Shown: one piece after another, positions 39,753 to 52,237 of the stretch
Numbering within the stretch: position 1 is the stretch's first letter
Layout: every line of letters begins with the position of its first letter
DNA from: Nitrospirales bacterium
GTDB lineage: Bacteria; Nitrospirota; Nitrospiria; Nitrospirales; UBA8639
Direction: 5' to 3'
Assembly: GCA_963555755.3 (NCBI GenBank)
Contig: OY820905.2
Location: 416,001 to 480,000, forward strand
Length of the DNA: 64,000 bases
Notes under the pieces: generated by a model
What the model saw: only the letters and a program-made list of their open reading frames with translations
Databases searched by the model: none
What the model was told of the DNA's origin: nothing
Translations under genes and position numbers: made by a program

Positions 39753-41354
39753 TCACTGACCAGATTCTGCCAATTTTGAGGTACACTGGACAGACCGGAA
39801 TTGGGAACTCGTCGGCTCCGCGCAACAAAACCATGGTTCGGTCATACGGGGTGGTCTTACCCGTTGAGGATTGAGTGCGACTGTCTTGTTGAGTGAAGAG
39901 AATTCGACTCCAGCGGTGTCACACACCAGTTCCCACAAACGGTAAAACGTGCTTTCCGGGTCTTCCTCAGTTTTGGCCCCTTCCTCTACAACCTTTATCA
40001 CACTCTGTTGTAACGGGTCCATGCGTGGATCAGGATGGGTCCAAATAAATTGAAAGTTCTCTTGGTCCAGCCGGTCAATCCATTCCGAAATCGGTGCGGG
40101 ATGGATCTTTGGGGGAGCCAACAGCGCCGATCCAGGAGGGACTAGGAGACGAACACTATATTGCACAGGGTCTATACAGTCGATAAGCCCATTCTGCTCG
40201 ATCAAATCGAACATCTCACGGTAGTCCTCCAACGTCGTCCAAGGCGTGAAGGCAACCAACGAGGGGCGAAGGGCGATACCGACAGACTGAAGGATGTCCT
40301 GAGCGGTGAAGGTGTCTTGACGCGTGTGCCCTTTTTCCAAATGAGAGAGCACGATTTCGCTGAAGGACTCCACAGCGGAAATAACAAAAATGCAACCAAG
40401 TTGACTGAATTCTTTGAAGAGGGTCCGGTGTTTGAGGATATGTTCAATTTTGGTGGTGAAATCGAAAGTCAAATCGGGAAACTCATCATGCATGGCTCGA
40501 ACGATGTTCAGGGCGTGGCCAGGGCCATTGAGAAAGTCTGGATCCCCCAACGTGATGTGTATTGCACCTGCCTTCACTTGTTGCCGAATATCCGCCAACA
40601 CGACTTGGGCAGGAACCAAGAAAAATCGGCCTTGATACACCGGGACAATAGGACAATGAAGACAGGTATGCAGGCACCCCCGACTGGCTTCGACATAACC
40701 AACCACACTTTCCTGTCCCTGGTATTCCAATCGAGCATATTCTTTGAGACTCGGGAGTTGTGTTCGTTGAGGGATGGGGAGGGAAGGAGATTCTAGCTGG
40801 TCACTGTCTGAAGAAGGCGAAAGCCTAAATATCCGTTTAAGGAAGGGCTGCTCAAGAGAACCGGAAACACTCACACCTTCCAATCGTATCCTAGAGACCG
40901 CATCAGTGCCTTTCTGTCCATTCCAAGACGTTTGACGATCGGCCAGTTCTTCGATGAGGTTGACTAAAGGAGTTTCATATTCTCCCCCGATCACGGAATC
41001 CGCAAGGTGATCAAGTAAAAACTTCGCGTTCAATGACGCGTAGAGCCCATAAAAACAAATATGGGCTCTTGGGTTTGTCTGACGAATTCCTTCTGCTACC
41101 CTACATCCTAAGGCTAGGGCGGTATGCATGGGAACTGAAATGCCAATGAATCCTGCTTGTTTTACAAGCGTGTTATCCAAACTTTCCACGGCCAGATCTA
41201 TTGTCGAAGGTACATATCCCCTCTCCTTAAGGAATCCCAGAGGCTGAGCCAGGCCAATGGGCTGATGTCCCAACTCATAACAAGAAATGAGGAGAATCGC
41301 CCCAGGTTGCTGTAGGGGCCAGACACTACTGATGGTTGTAGCAGAATTGTTCAT
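39753..41354 (-). CDS. CUAEP/CCAEP-tail radical SAM protein
   Basis: EASRGCLHTCLHCP (CX3CX2C); N-terminal CYELGHQP domain; C-terminal EPWFCCAEP. Confidence 0.85.
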   Translation of the reverse strand: MNNSATTISSVWPLQQPGAILLISCYELGHQPIGLAQPLGFLKERGYVPSTIDLAVESLDNTLVKQAGFIGISVPMHTALALGCRVAEGIRQTNPRAHICFYGLYASLNAKFLLDHLADSVIGGEYETPLVNLIEELADRQTSWNGQKGTDAVSRIRLEGVSVSGSLEQPFLKRIFRLSPSSDSDQLESPSLPIPQRTQLPSLKEYARLEYQGQESVVGYVEASRGCLHTCLHCPIVPVYQGRFFLVPAQVVLADIRQQVKAGAIHITLGDPDFLNGPGHALNIVRAMHDEFPDLTFDFTTKIEHILKHRTLFKEFSQLGCIFVISAVESFSEIVLSHLEKGHTRQDTFTAQDILQSVGIALRPSLVAFTPWTTLEDYREMFDLIEQNGLIDCIDPVQYSVRLLVPPGSALLAPPKIHPAPISEWIDRLDQENFQFIWTHPDPRMDPLQQSVIKVVEEGAKTEEDPESTFYRLWELVCDTAGVEFSSLNKTVALNPQRVRPPRMTEPWFCCAEPTSSQFRSVQCTSKLAESGQ

Positions 41355-41578
41355 GCGGGCTCGCTTTATTCAAGAAATTTTTTTCTGAGGGTACGAAGGC
41401 CTTTTCAATTCGCCACGAGGTCTTTCAACAAACTCTGAAGAGGAAGGGTTTGAGGGGACACCACGTGTAACATGGAGCCATCATACCGAAAACCAGACCA
41501 GTTGGGAAAGAACCCTGTTCAGAGTGGTGTGTCAAGGCTTATTGAGGTGACGAGCTGACTTGCTTTACAACCTATCCA

Positions 41579-41722
41579 TGGGCCAAGCGAGAGAAACGCC
41601 TCTATGAGAACATCGGTGATGAAGTAGGCCTACCATCAGAGAAAATCCTCTTTTTGTCTGATATGGAAGCTGAGCGAAATGTGGCGGCTGAAACAGAGTT
41701 CAAAACTACGCAGATCGGCGAG
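41579..41722 (+). pseudogene. Remnant resembling the C-terminus of enolase-phosphatase E1 (MtnC)
   Basis: Translation AKREKRLYENIGDEVGLPSEKILFLSDMEAE...KTTQI; no start codon context. Confidence 0.55.
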
Positions 41723-41781
41723 CTGGTACCACGGCAAGAGAACGGCATGTGATAAGTCGGGAATAGGAAATTTAAAGGCTA

Positions 41782-43186
41782 CTTGAATTCACATAATAAG
41801 TGCACCACCTTCACGGTTGCCTAGCTGGTATATTCTCTGGCCGACCAAAGAAGGCGGTGCCCAGATGACACAACGTTATACTCAGCTGACCGAACCTGAG
41901 CGCTACCACTTGTACACGATGCGAAAGCCAACCAAACCCTTTCGAGAGATTGCGAAGGGAATGGGGCGATCCCACACCACCCTGAGTCGGGAGGAAACGC
42001 GGGATCATACAGAATATATGGTTCTATCCTACCGCCATCCAATTCTGGCCACATGGAGTTTCTTGGCCATGGCGTTGCTTCCTGTGAGCGTTCTTTCTTG
42101 TGTCGCTGCACGATCGTATCGTGCCCTCTTCCCACGGACCAAGGGGCTCTGACGCCAGGAAGAGGCAGCATGAGATGCGGCAGCGACCTAAAAATAAAAG
42201 ACGACGCAATTCGCTCAAAAGGAGAGGCGACATAACCCACGAGGAGTGCCATAAATTTATGTGCACCTGATCGTATTGTGCTGCCAGAACCCTAAATTCT
42301 GCATGATCCGAAACGCGGAACACCGACCAGCGTGGCTATCGCGACCAACAAGCCCAGCAGAAGGCGGGCCAGCGACACAAGGACAAGCCCAAAGCCGTGA
42401 AGCTGACGGAGTCGGTGCTGGCGTATATTCACGAGAAACTTCACGCCTGGTGGAGTCCAGAGCAAATATGTGGACGCGTGGGGCTCGAGCAGGGCGTCTC
42501 GTTACGCCCAGAAACGATCTATCGCGTGGGGCTGAAAGACCCGCAGCAAGGCGGGCAACTCTATCGGCACTTACGCCACCACGCCACGCCGTACCGCAAG
42601 CGCTATGGCCGCAAGGAATATCGGGGACGCATCCCGGGCCGAGTCGAGATTGCCGAGCGTCCGACCGTCGTGGACACCCGCGCACGGGTCGGCGAGTGGG
42701 ACGCCGATTTAGTGATTGGCCGCGGGCATAACGGGGCCATCGTGACGCTGGCCGAGCGACGGTCTCGGCTCTATCTGGCGCTGCCGAGCGTGCGCAAAAC
42801 CGCGGACTGGACCACACGGGCGATCCCCTCACTGTTAGCGGCCTTTAAGGACTGGACCCCCACCATCACCTATGACAATGGCCGAGAGTGCAACGGCCAC
42901 GCCACCATTGCCAAGGCCTTGGACTGCCAGGGCTTCGTTGCTCGCCCGTACCACAGGTGGGAGCGAGGCTTACACGAGAATAGCAACGGGCGGCTCCGAC
43001 AGTATTTTCCCACGGAGATGCCGCTCGACACGGGGTCCACGGAAGCGGTCACTGCCGCCGTGGAGGCCATGAATCATCGACCCCGGAAATGCTTGGCGTT
43101 TCAAACGCCTTGGGACGTGTTCTCGCGACTCACTCAATCAAATATTCAATTGAAAACCTGTGGTCCACTTATGGGTTGAATTCGCC
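41782..43186 (+). mobile_element. Degenerate IS30-family element (transposase 41865-43179, interrupted)
   Basis: YTQLTEPER HTH, WSPEQI, TYDNGRE, WERGLHEN; imperfect IRs GAATTCA..ATAAGTG.ACCAC. Confidence 0.85.
42002..42309. mobile_element. 308-bp non-autonomous element inserted in IS30
   Basis: IR GGATCAT(A/G)CAGAAT; 8-bp TSD GAAACGCG (41994-42001, 42310-42317). Confidence 0.85.
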
Positions 43187-43230
43187 CTATTTTTGGTTAA
43201 TCGGAAAAGTACGGAAGAGGCAGGGAGGTG

Positions 43231-43368
43231 TGGGGTCAGGCATGAGTATTGACTTAATAATTCAATAGGAAAAAGAAGTCACCTTTAGGTGCCCCGTCCC
43301 CCTCGTTCTTTGGAAAAACATTTTTGGGCAATACTTGAATGAATAAGTCAATACTCAGCCTGACCCCA
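43231..43368. repeat. REP-like inverted repeat pair (GGGGTCAG type)
   Basis: TGGGGTCAGGCATGAGTATTGACTTA ... TAAGTCAATACTCAGCCTGACCCCA. Confidence 0.7.
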
Positions 43369-43458
43369 TGTCCGGTTCAGCCTAGTTGGGGTTCGGTATA
43401 GTCCAGGGAGGGCGCCGCGTCACCCGATCCACGTAACCGGGCTTTGTGATGCGGGGCG

Positions 43459-43818
43459 TCAATCACTACGTGCCGATTTTTCGCCGAAGTAGTGCCCGAT
43501 CACAAGTGTCACGACCGGTAGCAGTACTGAGCTGAGCATGGAGAGCAAGAAGGTTGCGGGCTCCTTCAGATCTTCCCAGTTCGAGAATAAGACTCTTCCA
43601 GTCAACGCCGCAATGAATAAAACGAAGGAGCCGACAACAAGATACGCGATTATCGAACGATCCTGCGATCTGCGCCGCAGTTCGTAGTCTGCAACTGCCT
43701 CACCGCCTTCCTCAAGCAGGGCCGCGGTCTCCTCAAAGATGGTGTCCAGCTCATTGCTCAAAGGCTTCTCCCTCGTGATTCGTCTCGAATGAGGTGGAGC
43801 ACCACTAATCGGATTCAC
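43459..43818 (-). CDS. Hypothetical membrane protein (two predicted TM helices)
   Basis: Two hydrophobic stretches; ends VIGHYFG. Confidence 0.6.
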   Translation of the reverse strand: MNPISGAPPHSRRITREKPLSNELDTIFEETAALLEEGGEAVADYELRRRSQDRSIIAYLVVGSFVLFIAALTGRVLFSNWEDLKEPATFLLSMLSSVLLPVVTLVIGHYFGEKSARSD

Positions 43819-43911
43819 TCCGACTATTCACCCATCGACACTACCGAATGATCGCTAATCGCGACTAGCTACCGACATCGAAATTGGCGACTGACATTCT
43901 TGTGTCGGAGG

Positions 43912-44112
43912 TCATGACTTCACAACTTTTGTTGCCGTCTTAGCGATCTGTCGAGACTTTTGCAACAGCTCGCGGATCATCTCCTCCAACCGGGTTCGGC
44001 TGGGATCTCCATCGGGGAGAGATCGCAGCTCTTCGCGATACCTCTCCGCGCGGGCAAAGAGGTCGCGCGAGTCTTGTAACAGACTTTCGGCGGTAGACTT
44101 TCGGTCTGACAT
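43912..44112 (-). CDS. Small helical hypothetical protein
   Basis: 66-aa amphipathic ORF from MSDRKST, co-oriented with the downstream membrane protein gene. Confidence 0.5.
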   Translation of the reverse strand: MSDRKSTAESLLQDSRDLFARAERYREELRSLPDGDPSRTRLEEMIRELLQKSRQIAKTATKVVKS

Positions 44113-44425
44113 AAGGTCACTCTCGCATTTCCGTACAGTGCCTGCAAGCTCGCATAACGATGCGGCGTGCCTCGACAAGTATCCAATCCACGGGAGGTGC
44201 TACAGGACGATTCTCCCCTGAAAGCGGATGAGTAAGATGGCCGCTGATTTCGTGGAATCGGGCTGTATTCGGCGAGCGTAATCCGGGAAGGAGAAGTGTA
44301 GAAATCGCGTGGAGCGGATTGAAGCTGTAGAGCACTAGCGAAGACACTCTCTGCCGAGCCCGTTCGTGGGAGAATGAGCACAGCAATCCCTCAGGGAAAG
44401 CACGGCGAAGTTCCCTGGCCGGATG

Positions 44426-44860
44426 GGGAATAGGAATTTTAAAAGACCTTTTTGACTGGATAAGAAAATACCAAAGAACCCGTTGAGGGGGCAATCCGCG
44501 AACTCCGCCGTCTGACATGCGGGAATTCACCCTGCGAGTAGGGTCTTACTGGCCCTTGTGCCCAGGTTTATGCCAGGCCTTTCGCTCCATTGTGGCGTGT
44601 GAGGGTGGGAACTGGGCACAAGAAGCGTGTCGGCACAGGAACTGAACCGGAATCCAGGGTGGGATTAGGTTGTCTGGAAGAATTCGTCGATGTGGGCCGA
44701 TGTCCGAGGTGGAGTACGCGTGGGCAAGCCCAGATGGCCAAGAATCTTGGTAATCACCGCCGACTCTTCAATGGCAGCAGTGAGCATCAAGGGGCCACCA
44801 CCGAGGGGACAGGAGGCCATGTCGATCTTGAACACCCGTTTGAGCAACTGGGCCCAGCGG
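44426..44860 (-). mobile_element. IS91/ISCR-family relic (transposase C-terminus plus oriIS-like end)
   Basis: RWAQLLKRVFKID..CP.GG.L...AAIEE..VI.KIL.HLGLPTR.PPR; end ..TTTAAAATTCCTATTCCC. Confidence 0.75.
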
Positions 44861-44988
44861 GAATAGAGTAGGTAAATTTATAAATAAATGGGTTAGACCC
44901 CTTATCACATCGATCCTCGCCCCCCTGGGGGCGCGGGTGTGCTCAAATCAGAGCCCTTGTTTGGTGTTATATGTTTCAACTCGTTGGG

Positions 44989-45396
44989 TTAACTACTTTC
45001 CACCATCAAATCTTTGGCAGCCAGTTGTTGCTTGATGGCTAACGTGATCAAGACAATTTGCTTCTCGCGCCTTGGTGTTTCGGCTGCTTCCTTGATCAGT
45101 TTACGAGCTGCTTTGAGATGCTGAGCGGCTTCTACATGGAAATGAACTGGCAGAAGGTCTTTGATCGCGTCGACGATTTCCGCGCGTGAAAATCTCAGTA
45201 GATGATCAAGAGGTTTTTTATGGTCCGCATACAACAGTCGGAGCGCGCGTTCATCGGCTTCAATAGAACTGCGAATGTTTTCCAAGGCGTTAAGGACTCG
45301 TAAGAACGCTGCCACGGACTCGACTTCAGTCGGTTCCAAATTTATTCCATTGACGAGACCCGTATTGTTGAACACTTCGCTGTTATAGAAATCCAC
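44989..45396 (-). pseudogene. Probable C-terminal gene fragment (possibly cytochrome c peroxidase-like)
   Basis: DFYNS..FN...VAAFLRVLNALENIR; begins abruptly right after the rsmE stop. Confidence 0.4.
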
Positions 45397-45403
45397 AGCT
45401 CCC

Positions 45404-46156
45404 TCACCGGTTGACGTTTTCTAAATGTCCTACACGAAACTGAACTATGCTTAAGGCTGCGAGAGGAGCGGTCTCTCCCCGTAGGATTGAGGGGCCTAGC
45501 GAGATTAGTGTGAAGTGGTATCGTTGAGCGTCGTGTTGTTCCTCCAATGTCCACCCTCCTTCCGGGCCCACTGCCAGAACCATTTCTCCTGTAAAGTCTT
45601 GATCCAAAGGAAGACTGCTCAGTCCAGGCAGGTTTTCTCGTTCTGCCAACATACACCTCACCGTTGCATGACGAAATGTCTCTAGAAAGTCATGCAACGG
45701 TGTTGGGGGGGATATATCGGGAACTTCCCATCGTTCCGATTGTTGGGCGGCATCCAGCGCAATACGGGAATAGCGTTCTTGTAAGGAGTGAAATCGATCA
45801 GCTTTTGGCCGAATGATGACTCGTTCCGTGAGTAAGGGGACAATGGTGTTTACGCCAAGCTCTGTGGCTTTTTGAATGGCCCAGTTCATATGATCGCCTT
45901 TAAGCATAGCCTGGCCAAGAATAATCTTGGCTTCTGAGGGTGGAGGACCGTGTTCGGTTTTTCGAATCTCTCCTTCCAGTGCAGACTTCTTTAATTTTTC
46001 AATGTGGACGTGATGCCGCTGCCGTGTTTCATCACATACGACCAATTGATCGCCTTCACGATAACGGAGGCTTTTCGTGAGGTGATCGAACAACGGCCCT
46101 TCAATGGTGAGGCGTGTGTTGGTAATGCTGTTGGAGGATATAAAGAAGACTGGCAT
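45404..46156 (-). CDS. rsmE: 16S rRNA m3U1498 methyltransferase
   Basis: QKATELGV, AAQQSER, VGPEGGW, LGPSILRGETA. Confidence 0.95.
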   Translation of the reverse strand: MPVFFISSNSITNTRLTIEGPLFDHLTKSLRYREGDQLVVCDETRQRHHVHIEKLKKSALEGEIRKTEHGPPPSEAKIILGQAMLKGDHMNWAIQKATELGVNTIVPLLTERVIIRPKADRFHSLQERYSRIALDAAQQSERWEVPDISPPTPLHDFLETFRHATVRCMLAERENLPGLSSLPLDQDFTGEMVLAVGPEGGWTLEEQHDAQRYHFTLISLGPSILRGETAPLAALSIVQFRVGHLENVNR

Positions 46157-46312
46157 GAATAGGGAAAGGATGAGAATTGTAACTCAGGTGGGTAGGCTGA
46201 AGGCCGAAGGCTTTTAGGGAATAATCATGGGAGATCATACAGCACTTCGGGCCTAATGAGCGATCGCCTTCAGTCTGTAGCCTTCAGCCTACATACCTGA
46301 GTTACGAAGAAT

Positions 46313-47440
46313 TTAATCAAACATATTTTTGACCTTGTCGAATAATCCATCTCCACTGGTTTCACCTGTGAGATCGCTTTCTTTGCAAAACGCGGCTAGC
46401 AATTCACGTTGCCGAGTCGAGAGTTTTGTGGGAATTTGAATTTTAATTCGCACCAGTTGATCACCCGTGTGATTGCCTTTGAGGGCTGGTGCCCCAATCC
46501 CTTTGAGGCGCAAGATTCTATCATGCTGTGTACCTTCCGGAATTTTTACGCTAGTTTTCCCTTTTAAGGTCGGTACTTCGACTTTGCCTCCCAGAGTAGC
46601 AGTTGCAAAGTGTATTGGTAAGTCAACAAGGATATCATTCCCCTTGCGTGTAAAGACTGGATGCGGTTTCACGGTGACGGCTACATACAAGTCGCCAGGA
46701 GGGCCGCCATTCATTCCGTGCTCACCTTCGTGGGATAACCGAAGCCTCATGCCGGTTTCAATGCCGGCTGGAATGGTCACAGAAAGATTGCGTTCTCGGT
46801 GAACTCGTCCTTGTCCACGGCAGGTCATGCAGGGTTCTGAGATGATTTTCCCCGCCCCTTGGCATTGCCCGCAAGTTCGATTAATCGTGAAAAACCCTTG
46901 CTGAAGCCGAATTTGCCCTGATCCTCCGCATCCGGGGCAGGATTTTACCGCATTGCTCGACTTAGCGCCTGTGCCTTGGCAGGTATCGCATGATTCCCAA
47001 CGTGGGATTTTGAGTTTGGCTTCTTTTCCATAGACCGACTCTTCGAAAGTTAGGTCAAGATTATATTGGAGGTCATGCCCTTGCTCAGCCCGTGATCGAC
47101 CGCCTCGTCCACCAAAAAAGTCTTCAAAAATATCACCAAAGATGTCACCAACCCCACCACCGCCACCACTGAACCCTTCAGGTCCGCCAAATCCCTGTGG
47201 CCCTCCTGCATGACCGAACATGTCGTACCGTTTACGGTTTTCGCCATGACTCAGCACTTCATAGGCTTCGTTGGCTTCTTTGAATTTCACCTCGGCCTTT
47301 TTCTTTTCCTGAGGGTCAGTATGAAGGTCAGGATGAAACTTCCTCGCGACTTTTCGAAAGGCCTTTTTGACCTCATCGTCCGATGCGTCACGACCGACGC
47401 CAAGCACTTCGTAGTAATCTCGTTTGGTCACTGATGCCAT
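46313..47440 (-). CDS. dnaJ: Chaperone DnaJ
   Basis: J domain with HPD, G/F-rich region, four CxxCxGxG repeats. Confidence 0.99.
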   Translation of the reverse strand: MASVTKRDYYEVLGVGRDASDDEVKKAFRKVARKFHPDLHTDPQEKKKAEVKFKEANEAYEVLSHGENRKRYDMFGHAGGPQGFGGPEGFSGGGGGVGDIFGDIFEDFFGGRGGRSRAEQGHDLQYNLDLTFEESVYGKEAKLKIPRWESCDTCQGTGAKSSNAVKSCPGCGGSGQIRLQQGFFTINRTCGQCQGAGKIISEPCMTCRGQGRVHRERNLSVTIPAGIETGMRLRLSHEGEHGMNGGPPGDLYVAVTVKPHPVFTRKGNDILVDLPIHFATATLGGKVEVPTLKGKTSVKIPEGTQHDRILRLKGIGAPALKGNHTGDQLVRIKIQIPTKLSTRQRELLAAFCKESDLTGETSGDGLFDKVKNMFD

Positions 47441-47510
47441 CTTTGCTGATCTGGGCTCATGGTGGATATTCGCGCCCTCTGATTCGATCAGAGGGCGCCC
47501 AGCTTATGAT

Positions 47511-50113
<2,603 letters not shown>

Positions 50114-50436
50114 AGTCTGTTCCTTCGCTGATCGCTGAAGACCCAAAATTTTCAAAATGTTGAGGTTTTCCAATGTAGCCTTTAGGTATCGCCCTTTAAA
50201 GAGTGGGACACTCGCTTGTATTTCGTGCCATTAAGAACCTGAACTGGAGAATTTCCTGTCCCACCGTGGGATTTGGATCAAAAGGCTGTGGGGCAAGTTT
50301 CGACATTCTTTTTTTTCTCCCTATACAGGGCTCTTCTCAGATAGGCATGGCAATGTCGAAGTCAACCCAAAGGGTGAAAAAATTAGGGAAATATTTAGGG
50401 GGTGTGGATAATTTGAACCTAGAATCGGGGGTTGGG

Positions 50437-51207
50437 CTATTCGCCTTTGATGCGCTGGTAGAGAAGGTTTAGTCCTTCAAGTGTCAAATAGGGACACACC
50501 TCTTGGATCGTCCGAGATATGGGGGCGAGGACTGGAGCAAGACCTCCGGTGGCAATAACTCGTGTTGTTTGTCCGATTTCTTCCTGGATTCGTGTCACGA
50601 GTTCATCTACCAAGCCCGAATACCCAAAAATAAGGCCCGATTGAATGCTGCTTACGGTATCGGTCCCAATCACGCTTTTTGGCCTGACTAACTCTACATT
50701 TGGAAGTTTGGCGGTATGGGCATGCAGGGCTTTGGCTGAGCTTTTGAGTCCTGGAGCAATGGCGCCTCCCAAATATCGTCCGTCTTGCGTAACGGTGCAA
50801 AAGGTCGTCGCCGTACCAAAATCCACAATGATCAGCCCTGTTTGATATCGAGCGTAGGCTGCAGCGGCATTGACCAGACGGTCTGTTCCAATTTCTTGAG
50901 GGTTGGCATATTGAATGGTCAGGTGAAAGGGAAAGTCTGTGTTGACGAGCAATGGACAATGGTGGAAGTAGGTTTCGATCACTTGGTCGATGATGGGTGT
51001 CACCGGAGGAACTACGCTTGAGATTATCGTGCCATCAAGACTTTGTGGCTGGATACCTCTTTCTCGCATCAGAGAGAGAAACAACGCTCCATATTCGTCC
51101 GAGGTCTTCGTGGTACTGGTCGCGAGTCGCCAAGAAGCCTGAAGGTTGCCCTTATTAAAGACGCCAAACGCGATTTGCGAGTTGCCGATGTCTATCGTGA
51201 GGAGCAT
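50437..51207 (-). CDS. coaX: Type III pantothenate kinase
   Basis: IDIGNS, SSVVP, IGTDR, DFGTATT, GGAIAPG. Confidence 0.96.
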   Translation of the reverse strand: MLLTIDIGNSQIAFGVFNKGNLQASWRLATSTTKTSDEYGALFLSLMRERGIQPQSLDGTIISSVVPPVTPIIDQVIETYFHHCPLLVNTDFPFHLTIQYANPQEIGTDRLVNAAAAYARYQTGLIIVDFGTATTFCTVTQDGRYLGGAIAPGLKSSAKALHAHTAKLPNVELVRPKSVIGTDTVSSIQSGLIFGYSGLVDELVTRIQEEIGQTTRVIATGGLAPVLAPISRTIQEVCPYLTLEGLNLLYQRIKGE

Positions 51208-51217
51208 AGATTACCCA

Positions 51218-51398
51218 AGGACCTGAGAGAAAATAACTTGATCAATATCGCGCCAAGATTTGGGTCGGATTTGGACGGAACGATTGAGAAACACTCGAGG
51301 CATAGCACAGCTATGGTGAGGGTTTTTCGATTGAGGCCCGTTCAAAGATGGCCCGAAGATTGGATGCGAGATGCCCAAGCTATTTTTTCTCAGGTCCT
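51218..51398. repeat. MITE-like repeat family D, copy 1
   Basis: IR AGGACCTGAGAGAAAATA...TATTTTTTCTCAGGTCCT; homologous to 58982-59161. Confidence 0.85.
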
Positions 51399-52214
51399 AA
51401 CATGTGTCACGTCTGCCGAACGTACCTCGATAGTTTTCTTGGCACCCTGCTGAAAAGGTGTGACATGAAGTGAGCCATCTATTCCTATCGCGGTTGCCCG
51501 CCCATGAATTTCTCGAGTTCCCGTGAGAGTACAGCGAACATCTAAGCCCAGCGTTGAACATTCGGCGGCATATGCCGAATGGACTGCATCAATATTGTTT
51601 AAAGCCAGTAGATCATACCACCTTTCCAATTGGTTGAACATGCAAGTCAGAAGTGTGTTGCGATTGCATGGCTGTCCGGATTCTTGAAGCAGCGATGTCG
51701 AGGTTGGCTGAAGGTTTTCGGGGAAATCATCGAGGGTGGTATTCACATTTACGCCAAATCCTATGATCACCACACTAGGGGTATTGCCTCGACTGGTGCC
51801 TTCACACAATATTCCGCCGAGTTTTTTATTACCGATCAAAAGATCATTTGGCCATTTGAGGGAAGGTTTGATCAACTGTTCTGTTTGGATGGCTTCAGAT
51901 ATGGCCAAACCCGTAACCAAGGGAACCCAAGTCATATGTGGCTGAAGTCGAGGGGCTCTCAAGATAACGGAGCAATAAATATTCTTGTTGGGCGGAGAGG
52001 CCCAGGAACGACCCAATCGTCCCTTCCCCGCTGTTTGATGCTCGGCCAGAATAACGGTGCCGTGCGGTTCGCCTGACGCGGCTAGCGTCAATCCGAGTGT
52101 GTTTGTGGAAGGCGTTTCAGTAAGGATGTGTACCCTGCGCCCGAGGGCCTGAGTCCTAAGCCCTGCTTGAATGACACCAGCGTTTAACGCATCGGATTTT
52201 AATTGAACGAGCAT
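51390..52214 (-). CDS. birA: Biotin--[acetyl-CoA carboxylase] ligase (no N-terminal HTH seen)
   Basis: STNT, QTAGKGRLGRSW, LKWPNDL, KKLGGIL. Confidence 0.95.
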   Translation of the reverse strand: MLVQLKSDALNAGVIQAGLRTQALGRRVHILTETPSTNTLGLTLAASGEPHGTVILAEHQTAGKGRLGRSWASPPNKNIYCSVILRAPRLQPHMTWVPLVTGLAISEAIQTEQLIKPSLKWPNDLLIGNKKLGGILCEGTSRGNTPSVVIIGFGVNVNTTLDDFPENLQPTSTSLLQESGQPCNRNTLLTCMFNQLERWYDLLALNNIDAVHSAYAAECSTLGLDVRCTLTGTREIHGRATAIGIDGSLHVTPFQQGAKKTIEVRSADVTHVRT

Positions 52215-52237
52215 AGGCGCTAAAAGATTCTTTGAAA

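Noticed and set aside
39790..39840. Selenocysteine recoding in the rSAM tail
   Set aside because: The codons are TGT TGC; there is no in-frame TGA.
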